Of a stretch of DNA of 38,973 nt, positions 27,387-35,557 are shown one piece after another; the first letter of the stretch is position 1; every line of letters begins with the position of its first letter. This DNA comes from Candidatus Woesearchaeota archaeon (GTDB taxonomy: Archaea; Nanobdellota; Nanobdellia; Woesearchaeales; WJKL01). The stretch is taken from NCBI GenBank assembly GCA_018221125.1, contig JAAOYC010000032.1, forward strand, positions 1-38,973, read 5' to 3'. A model generated the notes under the pieces. It made no database searches. It saw only the letters and a program-made list of their open reading frames with translations, and was not told the origin of the DNA. The translations under genes were made by a program, and so were the position numbers.

Positions 27387-28286
27387 ATGAAGAGAAAAAT
27401 CGTAAAACAAGGGGCAGCAACTATGACTATTAGCCTGCCTGCTCCATGGATTAAGAAATTCAGCTTAAAAGAAGGAGATGAGCTTAATATAGAGGAAGTT
27501 GGAAGCAGTATCAATATAACAACTGAGAAGGCTATGGGCAAGAGAAGGATAGAGCTGGATGCAAAAGAGCTTGGTTTTTTCACTAAAAATGAGCTAGGGC
27601 ATCTGTATTTTCTTGGTTTTGATGAAGTGATTATTCATTTTAAGAATAAAGAAGTGCTAAACCAGATAAAAAGCAGGCTGCCTGACTGCATTGGATATGA
27701 GATTATAGACCAGACTGAGGATAAGATAGTGATAAAAAGCATATCAAGCGAGTTAGAAACAGAATTTGACAATATCTTAAGAAAGGTATTTCTGATGCTA
27801 AAAGAGATGGGAGACAGTGTCTATGATGCATTAAAAAACAATGAATTTTCAAGATTAAAACAAATAAGAGATATGGAATCAATAAACAACAAATTTACTG
27901 CTTTTTTAACAAGATTGTTGTCTAAAAAAGGATATAAAAGGCCAGAAAGAAGCCTGCAGGCGTATGACATGATGCAAAACTTAGAAAGAACTGCTGATGT
28001 GTACAAGTATATATGTGATGATTTTATAAATAGGAAGAAAGCAGTTGATAAAGATGTTTTAGAATTATTAAACAAGATAAATGATTATTATAAACTGTTA
28101 TATGAAATCTTCTACAAGTTTGATCCTGAGAAAAAGACAGCATTATATGGAGACAGGCATGCATTGAAAGAGCAGGCTGATAAATTCCTGAAATCAGGCA
28201 AAGAAGTTGTTCTAAGCCATCATTTGATTGAGCTGTTAGAAAGGATATATAACACAGCTGGTTCTTATTTAGCTATGAGTATTTAA
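27387..28286 (+). CDS. archaeal AbrB-PhoU family regulator
   Basis: MKRKIVKQGAATMTISLP..WIKK..LKEGDEL AbrB domain; LYFLGFDEV, IGYEIIDQ and LERTAD PhoU-like helices. Confidence 0.88.
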   Translation: MKRKIVKQGAATMTISLPAPWIKKFSLKEGDELNIEEVGSSINITTEKAMGKRRIELDAKELGFFTKNELGHLYFLGFDEVIIHFKNKEVLNQIKSRLPDCIGYEIIDQTEDKIVIKSISSELETEFDNILRKVFLMLKEMGDSVYDALKNNEFSRLKQIRDMESINNKFTAFLTRLLSKKGYKRPERSLQAYDMMQNLERTADVYKYICDDFINRKKAVDKDVLELLNKINDYYKLLYEIFYKFDPEKKTALYGDRHALKEQADKFLKSGKEVVLSHHLIELLERIYNTAGSYLAMSI

Positions 28287-29860
28287 GCTGCTGGAACTAC
28301 AACAAGAGGTTCTTTATATTGCTTGTATGCTTTGTAGTTTTCTGCTGTTTGTTTTAGTATTTCAACAGGAGATTCTGCTGCAAAGTCTACTAAAGAAGTT
28401 CTAAGATTTGAAAGCATTCCTGCTTCAGCTGGATTTTGTGTTAAAGCACCGTCTATCATGCTGATTGCTTTTTCAAAATATAATTTGCATTTTTGCATCT
28501 GTTCATCTTTTACTTTTGGATGTTCTTTTGCAAATATGATTGCTCCTCCGCATTTGTCAATCTGGTCATTGATCAAGGAGTATCTTAATGCTGTAGATAA
28601 CCAAGTATTAGGAAGCAATAATGGAGTTTTATGTTCTGCTGAGTGTTCATTATGTTTGTCAACATACATGTGCAGCATATCTCTTGAAAATTCAGCTGGG
28701 TCCATGTCAGACCTGTCTCTTATTACAGAGTTTGTGAATCTTGCCAAGTCATCAAATTTCCTTCCTATTTTTGCTGCTTCATAATCTACAATAAAGCATT
28801 CTTCTTCTGACATTCTGCAGTTTCCTATGTGGAAATCTCCGTGTGTGAAATGTCTTGGGTCAAATGTTTTAGTAAAAGCAGAGTAAGCCTGCATTAAATC
28901 GTGAGCTTGAGGACTTACGATTACAGAATTACCTGATACAGGCGTTACAAATCTGCTTCTAAATTGAGTATTATAGTCAGTTAGTTCTAATGACAAGCCA
29001 TAATGTTCTCTTAATTCTGGCAAGTTCAATGAAGCCAGAACATGGATCTGTGATATCTTGTCTAAAGCTTTTCCGCATGCATCTAGAACTTCTGAGTCAG
29101 AACCTTGTTTTACAACATTTCTTAATTCCTGTTCACCAACATGATTAATAAGCAATCTTGTGTTTCTGTCATAGATTGTGTGTGTCTTGATTCCTAAATC
29201 ATTCAAGAATTGAGGAAGAATTTCTTCTTTTTCATCTGCATCTTTTGCAACAATATGTAATTGTTTTAATGCTCCATTTTCTTCATATTCAAATGTTAAG
29301 ATATCAACATTATGCTGGGACTGGTCTGCTAAGCTTACTATTCCTGAATATCTTATTCCAGGATGCTCTTGTGCAAGCATTGCTAATACTGGCTTGTATT
29401 CATCTGGCAAAGAACTTTCTGCAGTTTCTAATGAAACTGCTGCTTTTGTTTTAGGTGCTTCTGATTCTTTTTTAACAGAATAACCGGCTTTAGTATAATT
29501 ACCTAAAAGTTTTTCTAATGATTCAATGTTTTCTTTGTTATTAAATATGTATTCCTTCATTTCTTCTTTGTCATAGGATGTGTACTTCTCTTTAAATTTA
29601 GAATATTGTTCTATTTGAGGGATATAATACTGATTGAATTCTTCTGGATTTTCCTCTAATTGGTTATAAACAATAGAATCTAGATCTTTTATTTTATGAT
29701 TTAGACTATTATGGTTTATATTCTCTTTTTTGATTTTCTTAGAGTTTTCATTGAGAAAAGAACTGTAATAGATCTCAATATTTTTTAGAATACTAGGTTC
29801 ATAATTATTTTCCTTCTTGCTAAAACCATCTATAATTATTTCTTCTAGTGATTTATCCAT
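28283..29860 (-). CDS. APH/choline kinase-like phosphotransferase
   Basis: IVAK lysine, THGDFHIGN Brenner motif, IVDYE, DDLARF; long charged N-terminal extension. Confidence 0.85.
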   Translation of the reverse strand: MDKSLEEIIIDGFSKKENNYEPSILKNIEIYYSSFLNENSKKIKKENINHNSLNHKIKDLDSIVYNQLEENPEEFNQYYIPQIEQYSKFKEKYTSYDKEEMKEYIFNNKENIESLEKLLGNYTKAGYSVKKESEAPKTKAAVSLETAESSLPDEYKPVLAMLAQEHPGIRYSGIVSLADQSQHNVDILTFEYEENGALKQLHIVAKDADEKEEILPQFLNDLGIKTHTIYDRNTRLLINHVGEQELRNVVKQGSDSEVLDACGKALDKISQIHVLASLNLPELREHYGLSLELTDYNTQFRSRFVTPVSGNSVIVSPQAHDLMQAYSAFTKTFDPRHFTHGDFHIGNCRMSEEECFIVDYEAAKIGRKFDDLARFTNSVIRDRSDMDPAEFSRDMLHMYVDKHNEHSAEHKTPLLLPNTWLSTALRYSLINDQIDKCGGAIIFAKEHPKVKDEQMQKCKLYFEKAISMIDGALTQNPAEAGMLSNLRTSLVDFAAESPVEILKQTAENYKAYKQYKEPLVVVPAA

Positions 29861-29890
29861 AAGTCCTCATGAATTTAGAGGTATTACTCC

Positions 29891-29931
29891 TTTATAAACC
29901 TTTCGGTTTTTCACTACTAAAGGGTGGTTAC
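29891..29931 (-). promoter_or_regulatory. extended promoter motif shared with 35558-35597
   Basis: Minus strand reads GTAACCACCCTTTAGTAGTGAAAAACCGAAAGGTTTATAAA. Confidence 0.65.
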
Positions 29932-29935
29932 GTTA

Positions 29936-30727
29936 TTACTGCAGTGATCCTTCTAATATTTTTTCTAGTTTTCTAAAATTCCACCAGTTTCTTATATGTC
30001 CTTTAACATCTATTAAAGAATTAATAATTTCAATGTCAATATATGCCTGCATATCTAATTTTACATGAACTGTTCCTGTTCTGTAATAAGCTGAGGAGTC
30101 TCTTTTTAATAATTCTTCAACATCAATATCAAGTGTCATAGAAGGGTCAATCTTTTTTCCGTTTTTTATTGTTAAAGCAGTTGTTTCCCATGGAATCCAT
30201 TTACCGTTTGAATAAAGTTCAACCCATGCATGGCAAACCCATCCTTTTATATGTTTACTATAACTAAGACCTTCTGCAAGTCTAACAAGATTTCTCATCT
30301 TAGGGCATTCTGTTTTTGTAGATAATACAACAAACATTGAATAAGTCAGTGCTGCATATTCATCACAATCTCCTTCTCCTTTTTTAAAACTTCTTTCTAA
30401 ATCAAGCCCGTCTGTCATTTCATAATCCTGGATTGTTTCTGCAATCATATTAGCATATTTAAGCCATCCAATTGTTTTTTCTTCTAAAGAAGGGTTTTCA
30501 TTTTCATAAGGAAAATCATATTTTGAGAAATGAAAAAAAGATTCAGTTTTTTTATTGATTGTTATTGTAGGTTGTGATTGTTCTGCTTTTTTTTGGAGAT
30601 AAAAGTAATCAATGGGTATGCTTGAAGCAACATTTGCAATATAAAAAAGTCCTAAAAAACCTATTATGGATCTTACATATTTTCTAAATCTATTTTTTTT
30701 CTTAAGTTTCTGTTCTAAGTCATCCAT
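29936..30727 (-). CDS. membrane-anchored transglutaminase-like cysteine protease
   Basis: GDCDEYA, HAWVEL, WIPWET triad; N-terminal TM; start ATG 30727 lies 21 bp after TTTATAAA. Confidence 0.85.
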   Translation of the reverse strand: MDDLEQKLKKKNRFRKYVRSIIGFLGLFYIANVASSIPIDYFYLQKKAEQSQPTITINKKTESFFHFSKYDFPYENENPSLEEKTIGWLKYANMIAETIQDYEMTDGLDLERSFKKGEGDCDEYAALTYSMFVVLSTKTECPKMRNLVRLAEGLSYSKHIKGWVCHAWVELYSNGKWIPWETTALTIKNGKKIDPSMTLDIDVEELLKRDSSAYYRTGTVHVKLDMQAYIDIEIINSLIDVKGHIRNWWNFRKLEKILEGSLQ

Positions 30728-30767
30728 GCTTAAACACATATTAAATGATTTATAAAGATTGGCGTAT

Positions 30768-30812
30768 TATGAAACATTGCATAGAAAGCTGAAGAAATTA
30801 GGGTTGAAATAG
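30768..30812 (+). repeat. orphan 45-bp copy of the 3' end of the Fis-like gene (direct repeat with 22140-22184)
   Basis: 41/45 identical; reads YETLHRKLKKLGLK*. Confidence 0.95.
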
Positions 30813-31571
30813 TTACCTTACTCCAGCAACATTTCTTGAAGATTTTCTGCTTTCAGAAATAATATGAATTTCTCCACTTGAGTCTATTTGAAGAGAGACT
30901 TTTCTTATATATTTGGAGGGGTCTCTTAATACATTATTATCTTTAACAAAGATGGTTGCCAATGTAGGATACATTACTGGTCCGTTTGGGATTTTTAAAA
31001 CAGTAGTTTCGTATGGAATCCATTTTCCCTTTAATTTGATTTCAAGATAAGCATGTTCACCCCCTGAAACGCCTTCAGTAAATTTAGCATAATCCCTTAA
31101 TTCAGTAAGTTTTAGTCTTTCAGTTATTGCAAAGAACTGTGTGTATGTCATTTCAGCATATGTTTCGCAATCTCCTTTGGCTCTTTTTAATGCTTTATCT
31201 GGGTCATAGCCTCTTGTTACTTCATAATCTATTCTTGAGTCTACGATTATATTAGCAAGTTTTAGACATTCAATTGTTTTTCTTTCTAATTCAGAATATT
31301 TTCCAGTTGCTTCAGGAGTGCTAAACCCATTTTCAGCATAATATGATAAATCAATACCTGAAAAACCTATTTTTTCCTGCAGTTCTTTTGACTGGACCCG
31401 CTCTGCTCTTCTATTAAGGCGTGCTGCTTGTCTTCTGCTTGGAATTACATTGTATTTTTGGTTTACATTGTGTAAATAACAGCCGCTGGAAATAATCGCA
31501 GCTGCTGAAAGAATCCATGGAGTTGCAGCATGGTCCCAAATATATTTGACAGTTTCTGTGAACTTTCCCAT
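30813..31571 (-). CDS. transglutaminase-like cysteine protease (paralog)
   Basis: GDCETYA, HAYLEI, WIPYETT; N-terminal hydrophobic segment ending SSGC. Confidence 0.85.
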   Translation of the reverse strand: MGKFTETVKYIWDHAATPWILSAAAIISSGCYLHNVNQKYNVIPSRRQAARLNRRAERVQSKELQEKIGFSGIDLSYYAENGFSTPEATGKYSELERKTIECLKLANIIVDSRIDYEVTRGYDPDKALKRAKGDCETYAEMTYTQFFAITERLKLTELRDYAKFTEGVSGGEHAYLEIKLKGKWIPYETTVLKIPNGPVMYPTLATIFVKDNNVLRDPSKYIRKVSLQIDSSGEIHIISESRKSSRNVAGVR

Positions 31572-31602
31572 AATAAAATAATGTTTTAGTAATTTATAAA
31601 CC

Positions 31603-31740
31603 TTAGGGATTTAAATGTCTAGTAGAAAATAATTTCATTACTGAAAGATATGTGCCTACATCCTTAGAAAGTTTTTGCAGAGCATCAGCAATTCCTTCTG
31701 CCACAAAACCATCTATTGATTCTGTACTGAAAACTCCCAT
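31603..31740 (-). pseudogene. 45-aa ORF or truncated gene
   Basis: MGVFSTESIDGFVAEG... with TTTATAAA about 22 bp upstream; its stop overlaps the next gene's BRE/TATA. Confidence 0.45.
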
Positions 31741-31774
31741 AAAGATAGTAAATTTAAGGTTTTTTATAAAGCTT

Positions 31775-33400
31775 TTAGAATTTGATAAAAAATCCTGCAT
31801 TGATTGATTCTGTTTCTTCTGGATCTCCTCCATAATCTTCTTCTTCTCTTTGGTAATTAACAGTAAATCCTTTTTTTCCTGAATTTATATAGAGTCCTGC
31901 AGTAATGCCTTGTTTATCTGGGCAGAATTCATAATCAGAAACAGTTTTGTATATTCCTAAATCTATTCCAATATCCTTGCTGCCTATTTTTACATCTGCT
32001 CCAAACTCTTTTTCCCATGGCCTGTGCATAAAATAAGATTCAACTGAAAGATTTGCTTTATTGAACTTGACAAGAGCTCCTACTCCTGCTTCATAAAGGC
32101 CTGGTTTGACATGTTCTGCTCCAACTTCATAAAAATCAGCAAACTGGACAACAACATATGGCTTGATATCTGCTGCTTCTGTCTTTGCATTGTAAGAACC
32201 CACAGCTCCAATCATCCATTCTTTATTAAGCATATCATCAGCTGTCCTGATTAGAGTAGCGGCAACCTTTCCTCCTATGCTAAATCCCTGTTCATTATTT
32301 GTAGACATAGATGAACTAATAGTTAATCCATATACGTCATTATTGTCTATTTCTAAGTCATGATGGATTTTTCCATAGATTAACCCTGCAGTCATGTCAC
32401 TGTCCATATCACTTTCTGATGATTTCATTGCATATCCAAAGTGAATCAAATCCAGGTGTTTTAATGGAGAAGACTCACTTCCTCTTACTGTTCCTATTTT
32501 TGCAAAAAAGCCGTTATGATTTAATTTAGCTGAATCAACATAGTCTCCTTTATCTAAGGTGATTATTGTACCTTTTTCCTCTTTAACTCCATGAAGCAGT
32601 AAATCTTTAAGAGGCTTGAAACAAGGATCATAATCCAGGAAATCAAAAAGATGCTTCCCATCATCTGTAATCAGCTTGTATTTCATTTTACCGTCTTCTA
32701 AAAACATATGCTCAAATGAAGCTGTTCCAATATTTTTTTGATAAGCTTCAAGAGTTTTTTTAACATTGTTTGTATTAGTCAATAGAATATGTTCATAATC
32801 AATAACAGCAAGTCCATTATCCAGTTTTACCAATGAATAAAGATGGCCTTTTCCTTTTCTGTTTCCTGAAATTGCTGCAGATTCCATGCCCAGATCATCT
32901 GCAAGCTTTTCAATGAATGAATGAATATGTACGCAGTCTCCAATTGGTCTTTCATTTCCAGTGTTTAATGAATACTGCAATGCTGAAAAAAATGAGTTTT
33001 GAGAAACTAATTCGTCTTCTGATGTTTCATAATTAAATTCCTCTGCAAATCCTGCAATAGCTGCAAACAAAGCAATGTTTTGGCTGTCTGAAAGTGTTCC
33101 AGCTCTTTGCACAAGCTCCTGATATGAATTGATGTTATTGTCTCTTATATCATTCATTACATCTTCTACCTGAATTTCTTCTGGATTTGTTAAAAAAAGG
33201 ATATTTGGAACAAGGTCTAGCTGCGACATTCCCCTTATATATGTTGAATCTCCTGTTACATAACTTGTTTTTTTTGGCTTTGTTTCTGTCTTATAATTGA
33301 CTTTGACTTCTATTGATTCTTCAGAAGCTGCACTAGTGATAAACATACCTGCTGCTAGTACTGCAGCTGCTATTCCCTTGACAATGCTTTCTAATCCCAT
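31775..33400 (-). CDS. secreted transglutaminase-like protein with beta-strand-rich C-terminal half
   Basis: Signal peptide (..TSAA/S); GDCVHIH, GHLYSLV, VIDY triad; alternating-hydrophobic strands ending NAGFFIKF. Confidence 0.75.
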   Translation of the reverse strand: MGLESIVKGIAAAVLAAGMFITSAASEESIEVKVNYKTETKPKKTSYVTGDSTYIRGMSQLDLVPNILFLTNPEEIQVEDVMNDIRDNNINSYQELVQRAGTLSDSQNIALFAAIAGFAEEFNYETSEDELVSQNSFFSALQYSLNTGNERPIGDCVHIHSFIEKLADDLGMESAAISGNRKGKGHLYSLVKLDNGLAVIDYEHILLTNTNNVKKTLEAYQKNIGTASFEHMFLEDGKMKYKLITDDGKHLFDFLDYDPCFKPLKDLLLHGVKEEKGTIITLDKGDYVDSAKLNHNGFFAKIGTVRGSESSPLKHLDLIHFGYAMKSSESDMDSDMTAGLIYGKIHHDLEIDNNDVYGLTISSSMSTNNEQGFSIGGKVAATLIRTADDMLNKEWMIGAVGSYNAKTEAADIKPYVVVQFADFYEVGAEHVKPGLYEAGVGALVKFNKANLSVESYFMHRPWEKEFGADVKIGSKDIGIDLGIYKTVSDYEFCPDKQGITAGLYINSGKKGFTVNYQREEEDYGGDPEETESINAGFFIKF

Positions 33401-33423
33401 AGAAATAAGTTATTTTAGAGCAA

Positions 33424-33553
33424 TATAAACCTCAGTTGTAGTTATAAGTACAACAAAGGATATGACTTTTTTGTCACAGATTTGGATAGTTTTATACACT
33501 AGTATTTATAAGTCTAGAAATCATATATACTATAGTGTGATATTAGTGTCACA
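33424..33553. promoter_or_regulatory. divergent promoter region with three palindromes
   Basis: GTTGTA-N8-TACAAC (33435-33454), TATGAC-N6-GTCACA (33461-33478), TGTGAT-N6-GTCACA (33536-33553); TATA boxes near 33424 (minus) and 33505 (plus). Confidence 0.6.
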
Positions 33554-33694
33554 TCCAAGAGGAAAGAATATGGTATGGTTTGATGCAAGTTTAAGATTTC
33601 AGATGTGTGAAAGTGGTATAAGTGGTCATGTTGTAACACCACCAATCAAAACTAGCATTAGCTCTATAAGCGGGTTTACACCAGGTGGCCAATA

Positions 33695-34543
33695 ATGTCC
33701 TATTCAATCAATTGCGGAGATAGTGGAGGCTGCGGTTACAGCAGCAATGGAGGAAGTGCAGGTTATTCTACAAGGGATTCTGAAAACACAGAAAATTATG
33801 GTTTAGAAGGTGTTCTTGGAAAATATAGCGGAAGCAGTGGAGGAGGCAATGTCTATTCTGGAAATGATATCTCTTATATGATTGCAGCAGAGCCTGCTCA
33901 GTTCAGATCAAGTGGATTCTATGATTTTGATAATGTAAAAAAAGAAGTTTATTCAGACAATTATAAAACAAATAAAAGAATTTCTGAAACATATTCTCAT
34001 TCAGTAGATGATTTTCTTAATCCAGAAAGGCCAAAAACTGTTTTTGTTGGAAAAGCCAATGAAATCAAAGAATTTGTTGAAGAGACATTTTTCAAATTAA
34101 CAGGAAGAGATTTTCCAGATGATGTTGTTGTCAGAATAGTGACTGATGAAGAGATAAAGAAGATGCATCCTGGCAATGTCTTAGGATTTGCATTGAACAG
34201 AAAACATCTTGGATTGGTTTCAGAGATATTTGTCAAGAATGATATGCTGGACAGATTGATGATTACACTTGGGCATGAATTAGGGCATGTGTTGACTAGA
34301 AGATTATCTGATAATAAAGATGAAGAAGCAAAGGCATTTGCATTCAGCTTAGCCTGGATGAAAAAGATCAAAGAGGAGAATATTGCAAACTTATCAACTT
34401 CAATACAATTAGATGCTCCTGCTAAGAACGGGCTGCATGATGTTGCCTTGGATTTTGTCTTAGGATTGATAAATAAGGGAAGAGAGGCATTTGATGTCTG
34501 GAAAGATATTGTAAAAGGTTTTGTGAGAGTGGGAGCATGGTAA
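33695..34543 (+). CDS. zincin-like metallopeptidase domain protein
   Basis: TLGHELGH (HExxH) followed by EEAKAFAF; Gly/Ser-rich N-terminus. Confidence 0.75.
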   Translation: MSYSINCGDSGGCGYSSNGGSAGYSTRDSENTENYGLEGVLGKYSGSSGGGNVYSGNDISYMIAAEPAQFRSSGFYDFDNVKKEVYSDNYKTNKRISETYSHSVDDFLNPERPKTVFVGKANEIKEFVEETFFKLTGRDFPDDVVVRIVTDEEIKKMHPGNVLGFALNRKHLGLVSEIFVKNDMLDRLMITLGHELGHVLTRRLSDNKDEEAKAFAFSLAWMKKIKEENIANLSTSIQLDAPAKNGLHDVALDFVLGLINKGREAFDVWKDIVKGFVRVGAW

Positions 34544-34851
34544 GTGCTTCTGAGCAGTATACTGCTATGCAAGCAATAACTAAACAATATGAATTAACTC
34601 CAATTCCTAATCCTGGAAAAGATTACGAAAGCGGCAATTCAAAGTTTAATTATGTTGCTATGCTAGACAAACCTTATCAAGGAAGAGCTGTAATCGACAA
34701 TCCTGCTGTGCAGGAAAAAGAGAAACCTAGAGTTCAATATAATTCTAGTGAAAGAATAATAGACCTGCCTCAAATGTCTCATAAGAAGAATGATAATCTT
34801 AGTGAAAGAATTTTAAGCCTGCCTCAAATGTTCTATAAGCAGAGTGCTTAG
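34537..34851 (+). CDS. hypothetical protein with an 18-aa-period C-terminal repeat
   Basis: SERIIDLPQMSHK / SERILSLPQMFYK; GGAG before ATG. Confidence 0.65.
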   Translation: MVSASEQYTAMQAITKQYELTPIPNPGKDYESGNSKFNYVAMLDKPYQGRAVIDNPAVQEKEKPRVQYNSSERIIDLPQMSHKKNDNLSERILSLPQMFYKQSA

Positions 34852-34889
34852 CAAAAAACATTTAAATTGGAATTTCTTACTGTTTCTAT

Positions 34890-35555
34890 ATGAGATTAGG
34901 TGAATTAAGAGCAGTATTTGGCAGCAGGATAAAGGCTTTGGAGATATTTTTTCTAATGTATGGGCTAAAGCCTGTTGTAAGGCAGGGATTTTATGATAAT
35001 GAGATAGGAAGAGTAAAGGAGTTCTGCAGGAGCAAAGGCTTAGCCTGGGAGATAGCCCCTTATAAAGTTGTTCTTGCTGACCCTGACAGTAAGTTCTCTA
35101 ATAAAGGTTTTAAAGCAAGGATTGATGATCCCAGGAGAGGGATGTATTTTGTCTATATATCTAAAGATGAAAGAAAGGCAACAGAGGCAAAAATCTATGA
35201 GATGAAGAATGATCACAGAAGATTAGGAGAAGCACTAGGATATCCTGACTGCTGTGTTGAGTTTTTTGTCAAGAATGAGCCAGAAAGAAGAAGACTGGAT
35301 AATAATTATGTTATTCCTGCTTTAAGGAATTCACAAGGAGTAAGATTTCCTTATTACACTAATGTCTGCAAAAGACACAAAGATGCTGCTTTTCTAAGCC
35401 ATTTTCCTCATTCTTTTGAATGCACAGCATCAATTGAAATGGCAAAAAAATGCTTTAAGATGCTGAGCGAGCTAGAGCCAGACACAGCAATGATGTTAGT
35501 AAGAGAGCTGAAAGGAAGAGTAAGGATTGGAAGCAGGGAGATTGAGTTTTATTGA
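34890..35555 (+). CDS. DUF483-like protein
   Basis: LGEALGYPDCCVEFF motif and SHFPHSFEC. Confidence 0.7.
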   Translation: MRLGELRAVFGSRIKALEIFFLMYGLKPVVRQGFYDNEIGRVKEFCRSKGLAWEIAPYKVVLADPDSKFSNKGFKARIDDPRRGMYFVYISKDERKATEAKIYEMKNDHRRLGEALGYPDCCVEFFVKNEPERRRLDNNYVIPALRNSQGVRFPYYTNVCKRHKDAAFLSHFPHSFECTASIEMAKKCFKMLSELEPDTAMMLVRELKGRVRIGSREIEFY

Positions 35556-35557
35556 TT

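Larger units (their letters stand above)
22185..30767. mobile_element. ~8.6-kb block bounded by 45-bp direct repeats
   Basis: Flanked by 22140-22184 and 30768-30812; no recombinase gene inside. Confidence 0.65.

Noticed and set aside
22185-30767. Provirus or conjugative element
   Set aside because: No recognisable integrase, capsid, terminase, packaging ATPase, replication or relaxase gene.
22140-30812. Diversity-generating retroelement TR/VR pair: all four mismatches fall on adenines of the non-coding copy, and the coding copy is at a gene 3' end
   Set aside because: All changes are synonymous, the repeat is only 45 bp, and no reverse transcriptase is in the window. In the other pair the orphan copy has T, not A, at the mismatches on the coding strand. 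Not fully excluded without a genome-wide RT search.
33462-33695. 77-aa ORF in the divergent intergenic region
   Set aside because: It runs across a TATA box and two palindromic sites and has no motif; a shorter peptide from ATG 33570 cannot be excluded.
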